Source: Thermodesulfobacteriota bacterium (GTDB lineage: Bacteria; Desulfobacterota; Desulfarculia; JACQYL01). Taken from it: a DNA stretch of 64,000 bases. The DNA is taken from NCBI GenBank assembly GCA_963675595.2, contig CAXXLZ010000002.1, positions 4,512,001 through 4,576,000 of the forward strand, read 5' to 3'. How positions within the stretch are numbered: the stretch's first letter is position 1; every line of letters starts with the position of its first letter. Of this stretch, positions 10,001-19,419 are shown one piece after another. A program made the translations under genes and the position numbers. The notes beneath the pieces are model-generated. The model was not told the DNA's origin. It worked only from the letters and a program-made list of their open reading frames with translations, and ran no database searches.

Positions 10001-10217
10001 AACGCCAGCCGTCGATTTGAGGCATGTAGAGGTCGGTAATAATAAGGTCGGGTAAGTCCAGCTTCCCGAGCTCTTGGAGCGCTTCTACGGCATTGGAGAA
10101 CGTGGTTGGATGAAAACCCGCTTTGCGGAGCGTGCTTTCCAGCAGGCGCAACTGGAAAGGATTGTCATTGATCAGGACGACTGTCGCCGTGGGCTGAGGC
10201 CCGGATACCGTCTCCAT
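7059..10217 (-). CDS. Hybrid sensor histidine kinase (REC-REC-PAS-PAS-PAS-HisKA-HATPase-REC)
   Basis: GVAHDFNN H-box; NARDA, DDGCGM, FEPFFTTK and GTGLGL boxes; three REC domains; PAS/PAC ends (NITERK, DITDRK, DVTE). Confidence 0.93.
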   Translation of the reverse strand: METVSGPQPTATVVLINDNPFQLRLLESTLRKAGFHPTTFSNAVEALQELGKLDLPDLIITDLYMPQIDGWRFCRLLRSAEFSRFNLVPILIVSATYTGEEAARITEEVGADGFLGLPVDPDSLISKVRSLLTAQPHIRMPRALIVEDSKTLAGFLKRAMEDHGYTADTALSGEEAELRFNIAPPDVVILDYHLPDVLGDVLLVKFKKIRPDCVVLMMTNDPRPELALEWMKNGAAAYLRKPFETDYLIRLCEGARRERALLRVEDLLEERTAQLKESEERFRLVVENAPDAIYIARNYRFAYANPAALKLFGASSQTDLIGKPVMERLHPESRDVIQRRIKELNRGRRSVPLLEEKYLTLDGAEVDVEVSAVSLDFEGQKGTMAFVRNITERKRAEAETAKAKDLFRNLFHLSPIPSSFTRLKDGTLIDLNQAFADTVGYPREQLLGRPATDFGLWADPELRRHVIETVVAKGSLRGREMKFVTSSGQEGYALGYFELFEIDSERYILSNLLDITDRKRAEEDLRDSEAILNDAQEIAGMGSYRWDVKSDTLEFSRNMFALAGRKPGEISARLFENMRELVHPDDFPRMQEEIRQMIEQQRNWPVEFRIVLPDGEERIWQSQSRFEFDDEGNPVKCIGLHLDVTEQRRREATQKHLETQLRQAQKLESVGRLAGGVAHDFNNMLGVILGHAQIGLLEADSEPHLKSHLTEIRRAAERSAGLTRQLLAFARKQTVRPIRLDVNSTVMGMFEMLRRLIGEDVELEWKPAADLWNVSIDPSQMDQLLANLAVNARDAIGGVGKVTIESSNVLLDETYGADHAEFVPGRYVMLGFSDDGCGMDEETLARVFEPFFTTKDIGRGTGLGLATVYGIVRQNDGFINVYSEPGIGTTFKIYLPAVEDQPVDAIPESKEQVLQGGFETVLIVEDEEMILSLTKAMLERLGYTVFTSRTPKKAVELAASHEGPIHLLITDVVMPEMNGRQLARALTALKAEMKCLFMSGYTNNVIADRGILEEGVHFLQKPFTIEILADKVRQALKGSEPDASLPPDGKSP

Positions 10218-11208
10218 GCTTTCCCCTGGATTCAACGCCAATTCTACGGAAGAGAGATTCCCTGTGGCCGGGGGGCCGACTCACGGCCCAGCAAGTGGGT
10301 CCACGTGCCGAATCAAATGGGCATGGCGGGATGACCCCTTATGGTATGGGCTCTTCTCCGAGCAAAGACCGTTGGTCCGGGAAAGGACGGGGCGGAGGGA
10401 GTGAGCAGGGGAGCGTTTTGAAGCGGGCGACCGCATGGGTGCGGGCATGGAGCCGGCTCTGGGGTAGTCGTGACTGCGTGCCGCAAAGGTTCGCACGGGG
10501 CATTGCTGAAATTCCATTTCATCGGAATTAAGAATTACAGAAACGGGTTCGTTTGGCAAGACGGAAACCCGTTTGTTTCAATCGGCTCATGGGGGCGGTG
10601 ATACCGTGCGATATCGGGAATCGAGCGCTCTGCCGGTTTCGTGGCGTGGAAGCGCGATCTCCTTTCCTTCGGCTGTTGAAAGCAAAACGTACCGCAAAAG
10701 GAAGGCCGGCGATTTGCGTTGCCTCGGGTGCGGCGAATAAGTAGAATGCTTCTATTCTTCCTACAGAATTGAAGAGGCTCCTTGCGAACCCCACGTTCTT
10801 GCGCGATGCCCGTGAACCTTCAGAAAGGGGTCGGCCGACGGCCGGTAATACGGGAGTGCTTCTCTTCACCCGACTTGTCGAGGCTTGATGGCCGGCGTTG
10901 TGCGTTGGGTAGACCTGAATGGAACTTCCGAGGAGGACGTTTGAAGTCGTCGCTCGCCGAAACGTCTTCAGGTTCAAACTCCGTGGCTTGCGAGAGAAGC
11001 CGCGCGCTCGCGATTGGGGAAGGACGTTCCATGAAAGGCGCCGTCGAAGCCTCCGGGATGCCTGTCCGGGCCGTGGGGCCTCCGGGGAGGGTGAGAAAAC
11101 CAACAAGCTCGTTTCGCGGGAGCATTCCGTTCCGATACCGGTTTCCGACAGGACCGGACTTTTTCGCCGGGAACGGGAGATTTCGGATCAAAGACGGATG
11201 AGGAAATC

Positions 11209-11245
11209 CGGCCCGGGGCGTTTCGCCCCGGGCCGTTTTGTCTTT
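11209..11245 (+). terminator. Intrinsic-terminator-like hairpin 35 nt upstream of the binding-protein gene
   Basis: 12-bp stem CGGCCCGGGGCG/CGCCCCGGGCCG, TTT loop, then TTTTGTCTTT. Confidence 0.55.
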
Positions 11246-11280
11246 CCACACGGAATCCTTTAATTCGAGGAGGAAGGCCA

Positions 11281-12555
11281 ATGAAATCCGTACGACTGTG
11301 CGTGCTCGTCACCATGGCGCTGGGGATTCTGCTGTTCTCACCGGCGGCTTCTACTGCGGCGAGTGAGATCGTTATCGGGGTCCCCACATCTCTTACGTTC
11401 TTGGAGGGTGAAGAGAGCCTGAACGCGGTGAAACTGGCCGTGGAAGAGATCAATGCGGGAGGAGGGGTGACCGTAGGGGACAAGAAGCTGCCATTCCGGA
11501 TCGAATCCATCGACATTCGCGATGCGTCGCCCGGCGTACCGGTACCGGAAGCCCTCCTGGGCATTGAAAAGATCATCCTCGAGAAGAAGGTCAACGCCAT
11601 CGTTGTGGGGCCGTTCCGCTCGGAAGCGCTCATGGCCGCCATGGACATTATTTCGAAGCATAAGGTACCCCTGCTGGGGACCATCGCTATGTCTCCCAAG
11701 TCCGAGGCCAAACTGATGGAGAATCCGGAGAAATACAAATACATCTTTCGAACCTGCCTGAACGGCAAGTATCTGGTGGGCTATCTCATCGGCGCCATGA
11801 AATTCCTGAATCAGGAATTCGGATTCAACCGGGTGTTCATTATGAATCAGGACGTGGCTTGGGCCAGGGGCGTGGCGGGAGCCATGATCACGAACTTCTT
11901 CCAGAAGGCCGGGTGGACGGTTCTGGATCAGGAAATCTATCCCACCGGATCGTCGGATTTTTCCGCCGGTCTGCTCAAAGCCAAGGCCAAGGACGCCCAG
12001 GTGATTCTGAGCATTTTCGACATGCCCCAGAGCGGAATTTTGGTGAAGCAGTGGAACGCCATGAAAGTGCCGGCCATTATGTCCGGTTTCATTTCGCCCT
12101 TGGCGGGTCCGGGAGCGTGGAAAGCCTTTGACGGCCGCATCGGCGGCGCCCTCAACTCGATTTTTGAACTCGGCAACATTCCCGCCGAAAAGTATCCTCC
12201 AGCCAAGAAGTTCTATGAAGCCTACGCCGAGAAATACGGTAGGGAAATTGAAGCGGGTCATGGCCCCGCGCCTTCCTACGAGTCCGTGTATGTCTTGGCG
12301 GAAGCCATCTCCAAGGCCGGTTCCCTGGATCCGGATCAAATTGTGGAAGCACTGAAAGCCACGGACCGTCAAGGCGTTATGGGTCGGATCAAATTCAGTG
12401 AAGCCAACCAGGTGATTTATGGCTCGGACCCCGCTTCCGCCGCCTTGGGGTGCGTCTATCAGTGGACGGAAGATGGAAAGCGGGCCATCGTGTATCCGCC
12501 TTCCATCGCCGAAGCTAAGGCCGTTCTTCCCGATTTCGTGAAGTCCGCCAAGTAG
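11281..12555 (+). CDS. LIV-type (branched-chain amino acid/aromatic acid) ABC transporter substrate-binding protein
   Basis: GAGGAGG RBS; signal peptide; LAVEEINAGGG motif; type I periplasmic binding protein pattern. Confidence 0.92.
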   Translation: MKSVRLCVLVTMALGILLFSPAASTAASEIVIGVPTSLTFLEGEESLNAVKLAVEEINAGGGVTVGDKKLPFRIESIDIRDASPGVPVPEALLGIEKIILEKKVNAIVVGPFRSEALMAAMDIISKHKVPLLGTIAMSPKSEAKLMENPEKYKYIFRTCLNGKYLVGYLIGAMKFLNQEFGFNRVFIMNQDVAWARGVAGAMITNFFQKAGWTVLDQEIYPTGSSDFSAGLLKAKAKDAQVILSIFDMPQSGILVKQWNAMKVPAIMSGFISPLAGPGAWKAFDGRIGGALNSIFELGNIPAEKYPPAKKFYEAYAEKYGREIEAGHGPAPSYESVYVLAEAISKAGSLDPDQIVEALKATDRQGVMGRIKFSEANQVIYGSDPASAALGCVYQWTEDGKRAIVYPPSIAEAKAVLPDFVKSAK

Positions 12556-12784
12556 TCGCCGATCAGCAACGGTGCGGGATTCCGGCGTGATCGCCTTTAC
12601 CGGTGATTGGACATGCCGCACCAAATGTCTGGGCCGGGGGCTCGACGGACGGCCGAGACCTCGGACGGCCAACGGCTTTTCGTTCCGTGCGCCGACGGTT
12701 TCCGCAACGCGAAGGGGGGTCGGAATCGACCTCCGAGTCGGTGACGGCACTCGGATCGTAACCCGGGAATAGGGGAGCGATATC

Positions 12785-13657
12785 TTGATACTGGGAACCC
12801 TGGTTTACGGCTTCATCAACAGTGTGATCCTGGCGCTCACGGCCATGGGGTTCAACCTTACCTTCGGCATCAGCGGAGTGGCCAATTTTTCCTACGGGGC
12901 TTTATACATCCTGGCAGGCTACTTGGTTTGGATCTTCATCAATCTGCTGTCCCTTCCCTATCTCGTGGGGGTGGCCTTGTCCGTCCTGGCCACCGCCGCC
13001 GCCGGAGCCTTGATGTATCGATTCATCCTGTTGCGTCTTAGGGGCATGGTGGTGTCGGAGGTGATCGCCACCTTCGCCGTGGGACTTATTATTCTGGAAC
13101 TCTTTCGGTACCTGGGGTTCATCGGATTCCAGTATACGCTCCCCGTGTTTTGGCCCGGCAGCGTGGACATTTTCGGCGTATATGTGGATTACCAGCGCGT
13201 GGCCATTGTGGGCATCGGTTTGGTGCTCGCTCCGGGGCTCTATCTGTTTATCCATCACACTAAGACTGGACTTGCGTTTCGCGGAATTGCCCAAGAAGAA
13301 AAAACCGCCCTATCCTTGGGGATTCCCTCCGACCGGATCGCCGGATTGAGCGTGGCTTTCGGTGCCGGTCTGTCCGCCGTTGCCGCAATCGCCGTCCTTC
13401 CTTTGGGCACCATATCGGCCGAAGGCGGGTACGATGTGCTGGTAAACGCACTAGCCGTCTGCATCGTGGGAGGATTGGGGAGCGCGGTGGGCGTGGTGCT
13501 GGCGAGTTTCATCATCGGGTATGCTCAAATGGTCACTTCGACCTATTTGGGCGCGAGTTGGGTCATGATCGTGAGCTTGGTGGCCATTCTCGTCATTCTG
13601 GTGGTAAAGCCTTCCGGTTTGTTCGGCCGACAGAAGGAATTGGAAGAGAGGATTTGA
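12785..13657 (+). CDS. LIV-type ABC permease (LivH-like)
   Basis: LALTAMGFNLTFGISGVANFSYG, VGGLGS and KPSGLFG motifs. Confidence 0.92.
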   Translation: MILGTLVYGFINSVILALTAMGFNLTFGISGVANFSYGALYILAGYLVWIFINLLSLPYLVGVALSVLATAAAGALMYRFILLRLRGMVVSEVIATFAVGLIILELFRYLGFIGFQYTLPVFWPGSVDIFGVYVDYQRVAIVGIGLVLAPGLYLFIHHTKTGLAFRGIAQEEKTALSLGIPSDRIAGLSVAFGAGLSAVAAIAVLPLGTISAEGGYDVLVNALAVCIVGGLGSAVGVVLASFIIGYAQMVTSTYLGASWVMIVSLVAILVILVVKPSGLFGRQKELEERI

Positions 13658-13664
13658 ATCTCCC

Positions 13665-14663
13665 ATGCAGCGCAGACGGGAACGCATCGACAGGGGAATC
13701 AAGGTACGCAGCGAGGACCTCTTCGCCCTCACATCCCATCGGGAAATGCTTTATCTCGTTCTTCCCAGAGTTTTGCCCGTATTGGCGGTGCTCGTTCTTT
13801 CTCTGACGGTGAGCGGCTACTGGCAGCGCGTACTGATCTCGGCATCGGTCTTCGCCGTGCTGGCTTTGAGCTGGGACCTGCTCATGTGTTGCGGTATGGT
13901 CTCTCTGGGACAGGCCCTGTTCTTCGGAGTGGGCGCCTACATCTCGGGCTGGCTGAATCATGCCCTGGGTTGGAGTCCTTTTTTGACGGTTCCGCTGGCG
14001 GCCGTGTTGGGCGGGGCTTTGTGCACGGCGTTGTTGGTGCCCGTGCTCAGGCTCAGGGGCGTCTATTTCTCCATGGTGACTCTGGTGTTGCCTCTCATGT
14101 TTGAACGGATCATCGAGGCGACCAAAATTCTCGGAGGTACGGAAGGCATCAGCGGGCTTGACTCCTTTCCCCATGAATCGTTCGAGCTGTATCTCCCGTT
14201 GGCTGCGGCGTGGATCGGTCTGTTCGGTCTGCGGCGTATGATGGGCACGGACTACGGGTTGGTTCTCAAGGGAGTCAACGACAACGACCGATCCGTCATG
14301 AGCTCGGGAATCAACATTTATGTACTAAAGGCGCAGGCCCTCTTTATCGGGGCTTCCATGGGGGCCTTCGCCGGTGCGATCATGACTCATGTGTACATGT
14401 TCGTGGGCATGCCGGTTTTCGCGTTGGACTACTCCATCATGCCCATCGCCGCGGCCGTGGTGGGAGGCATGGGCACCTTTGCCGGTCCCATGCTGGGGGC
14501 TTTCCTATTGGTTCCCTTATCGGAATTATTGCGTGGATTCGGGGGGCTGCGTATTATCATCTATTCCCTTTCCTTGGTGATTTTCATTGTGGCCCTGCCG
14601 GAAGGCATCTTTCACTATCTGCAAAGAAAGTACTCCCAGTTCGAACGATGGACGCAACTGTAA
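13665..14663 (+). CDS. LIV-type ABC permease (LivM-like)
   Basis: SLGQALFFGVGAY, RLRGVYF, VVGGMGT and PEGI motifs. Confidence 0.92.
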   Translation: MQRRRERIDRGIKVRSEDLFALTSHREMLYLVLPRVLPVLAVLVLSLTVSGYWQRVLISASVFAVLALSWDLLMCCGMVSLGQALFFGVGAYISGWLNHALGWSPFLTVPLAAVLGGALCTALLVPVLRLRGVYFSMVTLVLPLMFERIIEATKILGGTEGISGLDSFPHESFELYLPLAAAWIGLFGLRRMMGTDYGLVLKGVNDNDRSVMSSGINIYVLKAQALFIGASMGAFAGAIMTHVYMFVGMPVFALDYSIMPIAAAVVGGMGTFAGPMLGAFLLVPLSELLRGFGGLRIIIYSLSLVIFIVALPEGIFHYLQRKYSQFERWTQL

Positions 14664-15424
14664 GCAAAGCGGGTCATTCCCTTTTGGCGGTGCGGAACCT
14701 GACCAAGCGTTTCGGCGGGGTCACGGCCGTGGATTCCGTGGATTTCGAATTGAGGGAGAACGAGCTTCTGGGAGTCATCGGGCCGAATGGATCGGGCAAG
14801 ACCTCCCTGGTGAATCTCATTACCGGTTTCGTTCGGCCGGATTCGGGACGGATTCTTTATCGTGGGACCGATATTACCCAAGCGGCTCCCCATAAGCGCG
14901 CAGACATGGGAATAGCGCGGACTTTCCAAATGGTTAGACCATTTTACCAGTTGCCCGCTTACAAAAATGTGGTCGTTTCCCTGTATTCTCGTCGAGTGAA
15001 ACGTCTCGCCGGCGGGAAATATGGAGACCGCGACGCCGTGGCCAAAGACATTCTCGAGGAAGTGGGGTTCGAACGGGATGCGGACGTGATCACCAAGAGC
15101 GCCGGCGCGTTGCCTCACGGCTACCTGAAACGCCTGGAACTCGCCAAGTGCCTGGCCTTGAGGGCCGACCTGATCATCCTGGACGAACTCTTCTCCGGTC
15201 TGAGCATGGCGGAGGTGGCATCCATTCTCCCGGTCATCGATAAGCTGCGTCTGGAAGGGAAGACCTTTATCATGATCGAGCATCGCCTTCGTGAACTGTT
15301 TCGCATCGCCGATCGAGTGATGGTGCTGAACTTCGGACGCAAGATCGCCGAGGGGCCGCCCAATACGGTCATGGAATCCGAGGAGGTGAAACAAGCCTAC
15401 CTGGGGACCGAGGCGGAAGGTTGA
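14648..15424 (+). CDS. LIV-type ABC ATPase (LivG-like)
   Basis: FGGVTAV, GPNGSGKT, ARTFQ, LDE and AYLG motifs; ATG overlaps the livM end. Confidence 0.92.
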   Translation: MDATVSKAGHSLLAVRNLTKRFGGVTAVDSVDFELRENELLGVIGPNGSGKTSLVNLITGFVRPDSGRILYRGTDITQAAPHKRADMGIARTFQMVRPFYQLPAYKNVVVSLYSRRVKRLAGGKYGDRDAVAKDILEEVGFERDADVITKSAGALPHGYLKRLELAKCLALRADLIILDELFSGLSMAEVASILPVIDKLRLEGKTFIMIEHRLRELFRIADRVMVLNFGRKIAEGPPNTVMESEEVKQAYLGTEAEG

Positions 15425-15636
15425 TCGGTATCAGCCTGCAGCAACCGGCTTCCTTGAAGTGCCGGTATAGGACACGTTGAGGCGGCGGCTGAGTCGGAAA
15501 ATCGCAAGGGCATGAGAAGGCCGGAAGGTTGCTCGCCTTGCCGGGTCGGCGGAAGGCGGAGTGAAACGACGCAGCGGGCGACCCGGCGCTTGGACCGCTC
15601 TCCATTGAGAGGGATCGAAAATTTGCGGATGAACGT

Positions 15637-16383
15637 ATGCTGACCGTAAACAACCTCATGGTGTTCTACGAAAACGCCTTGGCCATCAATGAGTTCAGCA
15701 TGGAGGTCAAGCTCGGCGAAATCGTCGGGGTCATCGGGTCCAACAGCGCCGGCAAGACCACTCTGCTCAACACCGTGTCCGGGCTGATGATCGATTTGAA
15801 AATCAAAGAACAGCGCAAGGGCGGGGAACGCATCACCATCCTGGGCGACATTACCTTCCAGGGGGAAAATGTGACCCTGATGCCGCCCCACGAGCGAGTG
15901 AAACGGGGCATCGTGCTGTGCAGGGAACGCCACCCGATCTTCCCGGAGAGTGATGTGCTGGAAAATCTGAGCATCGCCGGGTATCGGCGCCCACGCAAGG
16001 AACTGAAGCGTGCGGTTGAGCGGACGTTTCACCTGTTCCCGGCTCTCATCCCTCTCAAGCGGCGGAAGGCGGGGTTTCTCAGCGGCGGGGAACAGCAGAT
16101 GCTGGCCATCGGCATGGCTCTCATGGTCGGCCCCAAATTGCTGCTGCTGGACGAACCCTTGCTGGGTCTCAGTCCGGCCATGCAAACCGCTCTGGTCCGG
16201 TCCATCCGGGAGCTCAACGAGGTTTCCGGCATTACGCTGTTGATTTCGGAGCAGTTCGTCCGTCCCATACTACCCATGATTGCACGGGGGTATGTGATCG
16301 AGAACGGCATGTTCACCCTGGAAGGCACCGGAGAAGAACTCATGGACAACCCCGAGGTGAAGTCCGCCTATTTCGGGGTTTGA
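15637..16383 (+). CDS. LIV-type ABC ATPase (LivF-like)
   Basis: GSNSAGKTT, LSGGEQQMLAIG and LLDEPLLGL motifs. Confidence 0.92.
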   Translation: MLTVNNLMVFYENALAINEFSMEVKLGEIVGVIGSNSAGKTTLLNTVSGLMIDLKIKEQRKGGERITILGDITFQGENVTLMPPHERVKRGIVLCRERHPIFPESDVLENLSIAGYRRPRKELKRAVERTFHLFPALIPLKRRKAGFLSGGEQQMLAIGMALMVGPKLLLLDEPLLGLSPAMQTALVRSIRELNEVSGITLLISEQFVRPILPMIARGYVIENGMFTLEGTGEELMDNPEVKSAYFGV

Positions 16384-16412
16384 AACGCCGACAGTTGAAC
16401 AGACGGGAAACC

Positions 16413-18047
16413 ATGGGAAACGGGGACCTCGTGAACATTGCGGAAGCTTTCGAGCGGAGCGCCCGAAACCATCCCCAAAAGACGGCGGTGGTCTATCTGG
16501 GCACGCGGTACACCTATGAACGGCTGGAAAAATGGGTTCGCGGTTTTGCCCTTTCACTGCACGAAAAAGGCGTCGACAAGGACCATAAGGTCATTTTGTA
16601 CGCGCCCAATTCCATTCAGTGGATCGTCGCCTGGCTGGGAATCATGAAAGCCGGCGCGGTGGCCGTGCCCATTACGCCCATTTATACGCCCTACGACCTG
16701 GACTTCATCGCCGGGGACACCGGCGCTCTTGCCATTGTGTGCATGGACCGGAATTTCGGGTACGTCAAACAGGTACGGCCCAATTCGCGGATTTCCCTGG
16801 TGGTGGCGGCCAACCTGACGGACCTTCTGCCCTGGTGGAAGCGCTGGTTTGGGTGGATTTTCGACAAGGTGCCCAGCGGCAAGGTGGAATGGGGTCCCGA
16901 CACGTATCCCCTGTCCAAACTGGTGTGCGCAGCTTCGGACCAAGCGGAATTTCCTGAGGTTCAACCGGAAGACTGCGCGGAAATTTTGTACACGGGCGGC
17001 ACCACGAAACACCCCAAGGGCGTGCCCATCACCCACGGCATGTTTCTGAAAGCCACGTTGGAGCAATTGGCGGTATGCGAGGGCCTGTTTCCCAAAGAAG
17101 ACAACGTGGTCATGTGCGGCGCGCCCCTGTTTCACATTCTTGGCCAAGCCTGCGGATTGGGCACTTTGCTGGTGGGCGGTACGCTTTTGGTGACTCCGCG
17201 GGTGAATTTGGACGCGCTGATGGACACCATCCGGCGGTTCCGCGCCCGAACTCTCCTGGGTGTTCCCGCCCTATACCGAATGCTGCTGGAGCACGATCGC
17301 CGCGATCAGTATGACCTGAGTTCCCTTGAATATTGCTTCTCCGCCGGGGACGTGCTCCCCGGGGAAGTGGCCGCGAGGTGGCGGGAGGCGTTCCGACGTC
17401 CCATCTACCAGGGATACGGCGCCACGGAAACCGTGGGAGGTGTGGCCATGTGCCGCACCGGGGAAGAACCTGTGCCCGGGTCCATGGGAAAGCCGTTGCC
17501 CAGTAAGAGGATTCGCGTCGTGGTTCCTGCGACCATCCAGGAGTCCGAAGTAGGAGAGCCGGGAGAACTGCTGGTGTCGTCCGACGACATGGTGAACGCC
17601 TACTGGAACAATCCGGAGGAAACGGAAACCTCTTTCGTACGGTTCGAGGGGCGGTCCTGGTATCGCACGGGGGACATCGTCAAAGCGGACGAGGAAAACA
17701 ACCTTTTCTTCGTGGACCGCACCGTGGATACCATCAAGCACAAAGGGTATCGTGTCAGCGCCAGTGAAATTGAAGCCGTGCTCCAGGAACATCCGGCGGT
17801 CATTGCCTCGTGCGTGGTGGGCATTCCGGACGAAAAAACGGGCGAGCGCATCAAGGCCGTGGTGGTGCTGAAGAAGGACATCAAAGGAATCACCGGCTAC
17901 GATCTGCTGAAATGGGTCCGAAAACGCCTACCCGCGTACAAGGTGCCCCAGTACATCGAGTTTCGGGACATGCTCCCCAAGTCCAAAGTGGGCAAGCTGC
18001 TGCGACGCGAAATTCGCGGCGAAGAACAGAAGCGAAGAGTGCTGTAG
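16413..18047 (+). CDS. AMP-forming acyl/aryl-CoA ligase
   Basis: YTGGTTKHPKG, QGYGATE, YRTGD and LPKSKVGK adenylate-forming motifs. Confidence 0.93.
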   Translation: MGNGDLVNIAEAFERSARNHPQKTAVVYLGTRYTYERLEKWVRGFALSLHEKGVDKDHKVILYAPNSIQWIVAWLGIMKAGAVAVPITPIYTPYDLDFIAGDTGALAIVCMDRNFGYVKQVRPNSRISLVVAANLTDLLPWWKRWFGWIFDKVPSGKVEWGPDTYPLSKLVCAASDQAEFPEVQPEDCAEILYTGGTTKHPKGVPITHGMFLKATLEQLAVCEGLFPKEDNVVMCGAPLFHILGQACGLGTLLVGGTLLVTPRVNLDALMDTIRRFRARTLLGVPALYRMLLEHDRRDQYDLSSLEYCFSAGDVLPGEVAARWREAFRRPIYQGYGATETVGGVAMCRTGEEPVPGSMGKPLPSKRIRVVVPATIQESEVGEPGELLVSSDDMVNAYWNNPEETETSFVRFEGRSWYRTGDIVKADEENNLFFVDRTVDTIKHKGYRVSASEIEAVLQEHPAVIASCVVGIPDEKTGERIKAVVVLKKDIKGITGYDLLKWVRKRLPAYKVPQYIEFRDMLPKSKVGKLLRREIRGEEQKRRVL

Positions 18048-18064
18048 GCTTTGTCCGATGTTTT

Positions 18065-19105
18065 TCACAAGGGCCGTGAAGACACACGATCGCGATATTT
18101 GCGGTACAGCCCACGGAACTGGTCGTAAGTGAGGCCCAGGAGGGCGGCGGCGTCCTTCTGGCGATGATCCGACTTCCACAGGGCTGCGGCGATGAGGCTG
18201 ACTTCCAGCCTTTCGACCTGTTCCCGAAACGTCCCGCCTTGCTCCTCCGAAGCCTCGAAGACCGGCCGGTCCGCCGTTTCGCTCCCTGCGGAATGGGGAG
18301 ACGGCTTCGACTCTCCAAGCTTGGGAAACGGATCGAATATGACTCGCCGGATCATCTCCGATTCCGTGCGATAGACGGCACGCTCCACCACGTTCTTCAA
18401 TTCCCGGATGTTCCCGGGCCAGGAATGGGACTCCAGAGCGTGCAATGCTTCCTCCGAGAAGGTGGGAGCCGCGTCCCTGCCCATTTCCTGAGCCATGCGC
18501 GCGGCGAAGAAGTGAGCAAGATAGGAAATGTCTCCCTCCCGGACCCGCAGGGGAGGAACCGTCAGCACTTCAAAAGAAAGCCGATCCAGCAGGTCCTGCT
18601 TGAATTTTCCTTGAGCCGCCAAGCGGGGCAGGTCGGCGTGAGTCGCCCCGATGATGCGCACGTCCACCTGAACGGTGGCCGATCCCCCCACCCGCTCGAA
18701 AGAACCATACTCCACCACTCGAAGAATTTTTTCCTGGGCTTCCAGCGGAATGTTGCCGATTTCGTCCAGAAATACGGTGCCGCCGTGGGCCGCTTCGAAC
18801 CGTCCCAGTCGTTTTCTCACGGCCCCGGTGAAGGCTCCGGCTTCGTAGCCGAACAGTTCCGATTCAATGAGACTGGGAGACAGGGCGGCGCAGTTCAGGG
18901 TGACCAGAGGCTCCTGCCAGCGACGCGACAGGAAATGCAGTCGCCCCGCTGCGAGTTCTTTGCCCGTGCCCCTTTCCCCCACAATGAGGACCGGGCGGTT
19001 CACCGGGGCCACCCTGGACAGCCTTTCCTGAAAAGCCAGAAAGGCCTCGGACTGGCCCAGGGATTCCGGAGGCGGTGCGGCGGCGGTTCCATTCGTTTCA
19101 GTCAT
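18065..19105 (-). CDS. pspF: Phage shock protein operon transcriptional activator (sigma54 bEBP)
   Basis: GERGTGKE, GAFTGA, FLDEI, WPGNIREL; C-terminal LGLTYDQFRGLYRKY HTH; no N-terminal sensor domain; divergent from pspA. Confidence 0.95.
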   Translation of the reverse strand: MTETNGTAAAPPPESLGQSEAFLAFQERLSRVAPVNRPVLIVGERGTGKELAAGRLHFLSRRWQEPLVTLNCAALSPSLIESELFGYEAGAFTGAVRKRLGRFEAAHGGTVFLDEIGNIPLEAQEKILRVVEYGSFERVGGSATVQVDVRIIGATHADLPRLAAQGKFKQDLLDRLSFEVLTVPPLRVREGDISYLAHFFAARMAQEMGRDAAPTFSEEALHALESHSWPGNIRELKNVVERAVYRTESEMIRRVIFDPFPKLGESKPSPHSAGSETADRPVFEASEEQGGTFREQVERLEVSLIAAALWKSDHRQKDAAALLGLTYDQFRGLYRKYRDRVSSRPL

Positions 19106-19150
19106 GGGGCGATTCCTCGAGGCCGGAAGTTCGTTTTTCATGGTTAAGTT

Positions 19151-19208
19151 GGGTTTATTTTACCATAGCGCTTGAGGATATAAAACCATTTTGTGGCATA
19201 ATAAACCA
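19151..19208. promoter_or_regulatory. Two putative PspF upstream activating sequences
   Basis: GGGTTTATTTTACCA (19151-19165) and TGGCATAATAAACCA (19194-19208), imperfect palindromes between pspF and pspA. Confidence 0.5.
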
Positions 19209-19241
19209 TTTGATGATGAACGAAAAGCCGGCGTTCTCTGA

Positions 19242-19254
19242 TAACTTATTGATA
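19242..19254 (-). promoter_or_regulatory. IHF binding site
   Basis: Reverse strand reads TATCAATAAGTTA, an exact WATCAANNNNTTR match, lying between the UAS pair and the sigma54 promoter. Confidence 0.75.
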
Positions 19255-19282
19255 TAAAATGAGTTTAGTGGATCCGCTGATT

Positions 19283-19299
19283 TCGGCCCGAAGATTGCT
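19283..19299 (+). promoter_or_regulatory. Sigma54 (-24/-12) promoter of pspA
   Basis: TCGGCCCGAAGATTGCT: GG (19285-86), N10, GC (19297-98) with a TTGC -12 box. Confidence 0.8.
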
Positions 19300-19419
19300 T
19301 AGGGAAGGAGCATACAAAGAACGGGCGGACGGCCTCAAGCAACGGACCCTAAAAAGAGTCGTCATGGCGCCGCGCGTGAACGATCAAACTTGGAAAAACA
19401 GACACTGGGAGGTAACGTC

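Noticed and set aside
10889-10904. TGGCCGGCGTTGTGCG as a sigma54 promoter for the LIV operon
   Set aside because: The GG-N10-GC spacing fits but the -12 box is poor; such matches are expected by chance in GC-rich DNA.
15425-15636. livG-livF spacer as an RNA gene or a copy of the repeat families
   Set aside because: No alignment to families A/B or the GTAG units, and no known RNA motif could be supported by eye.
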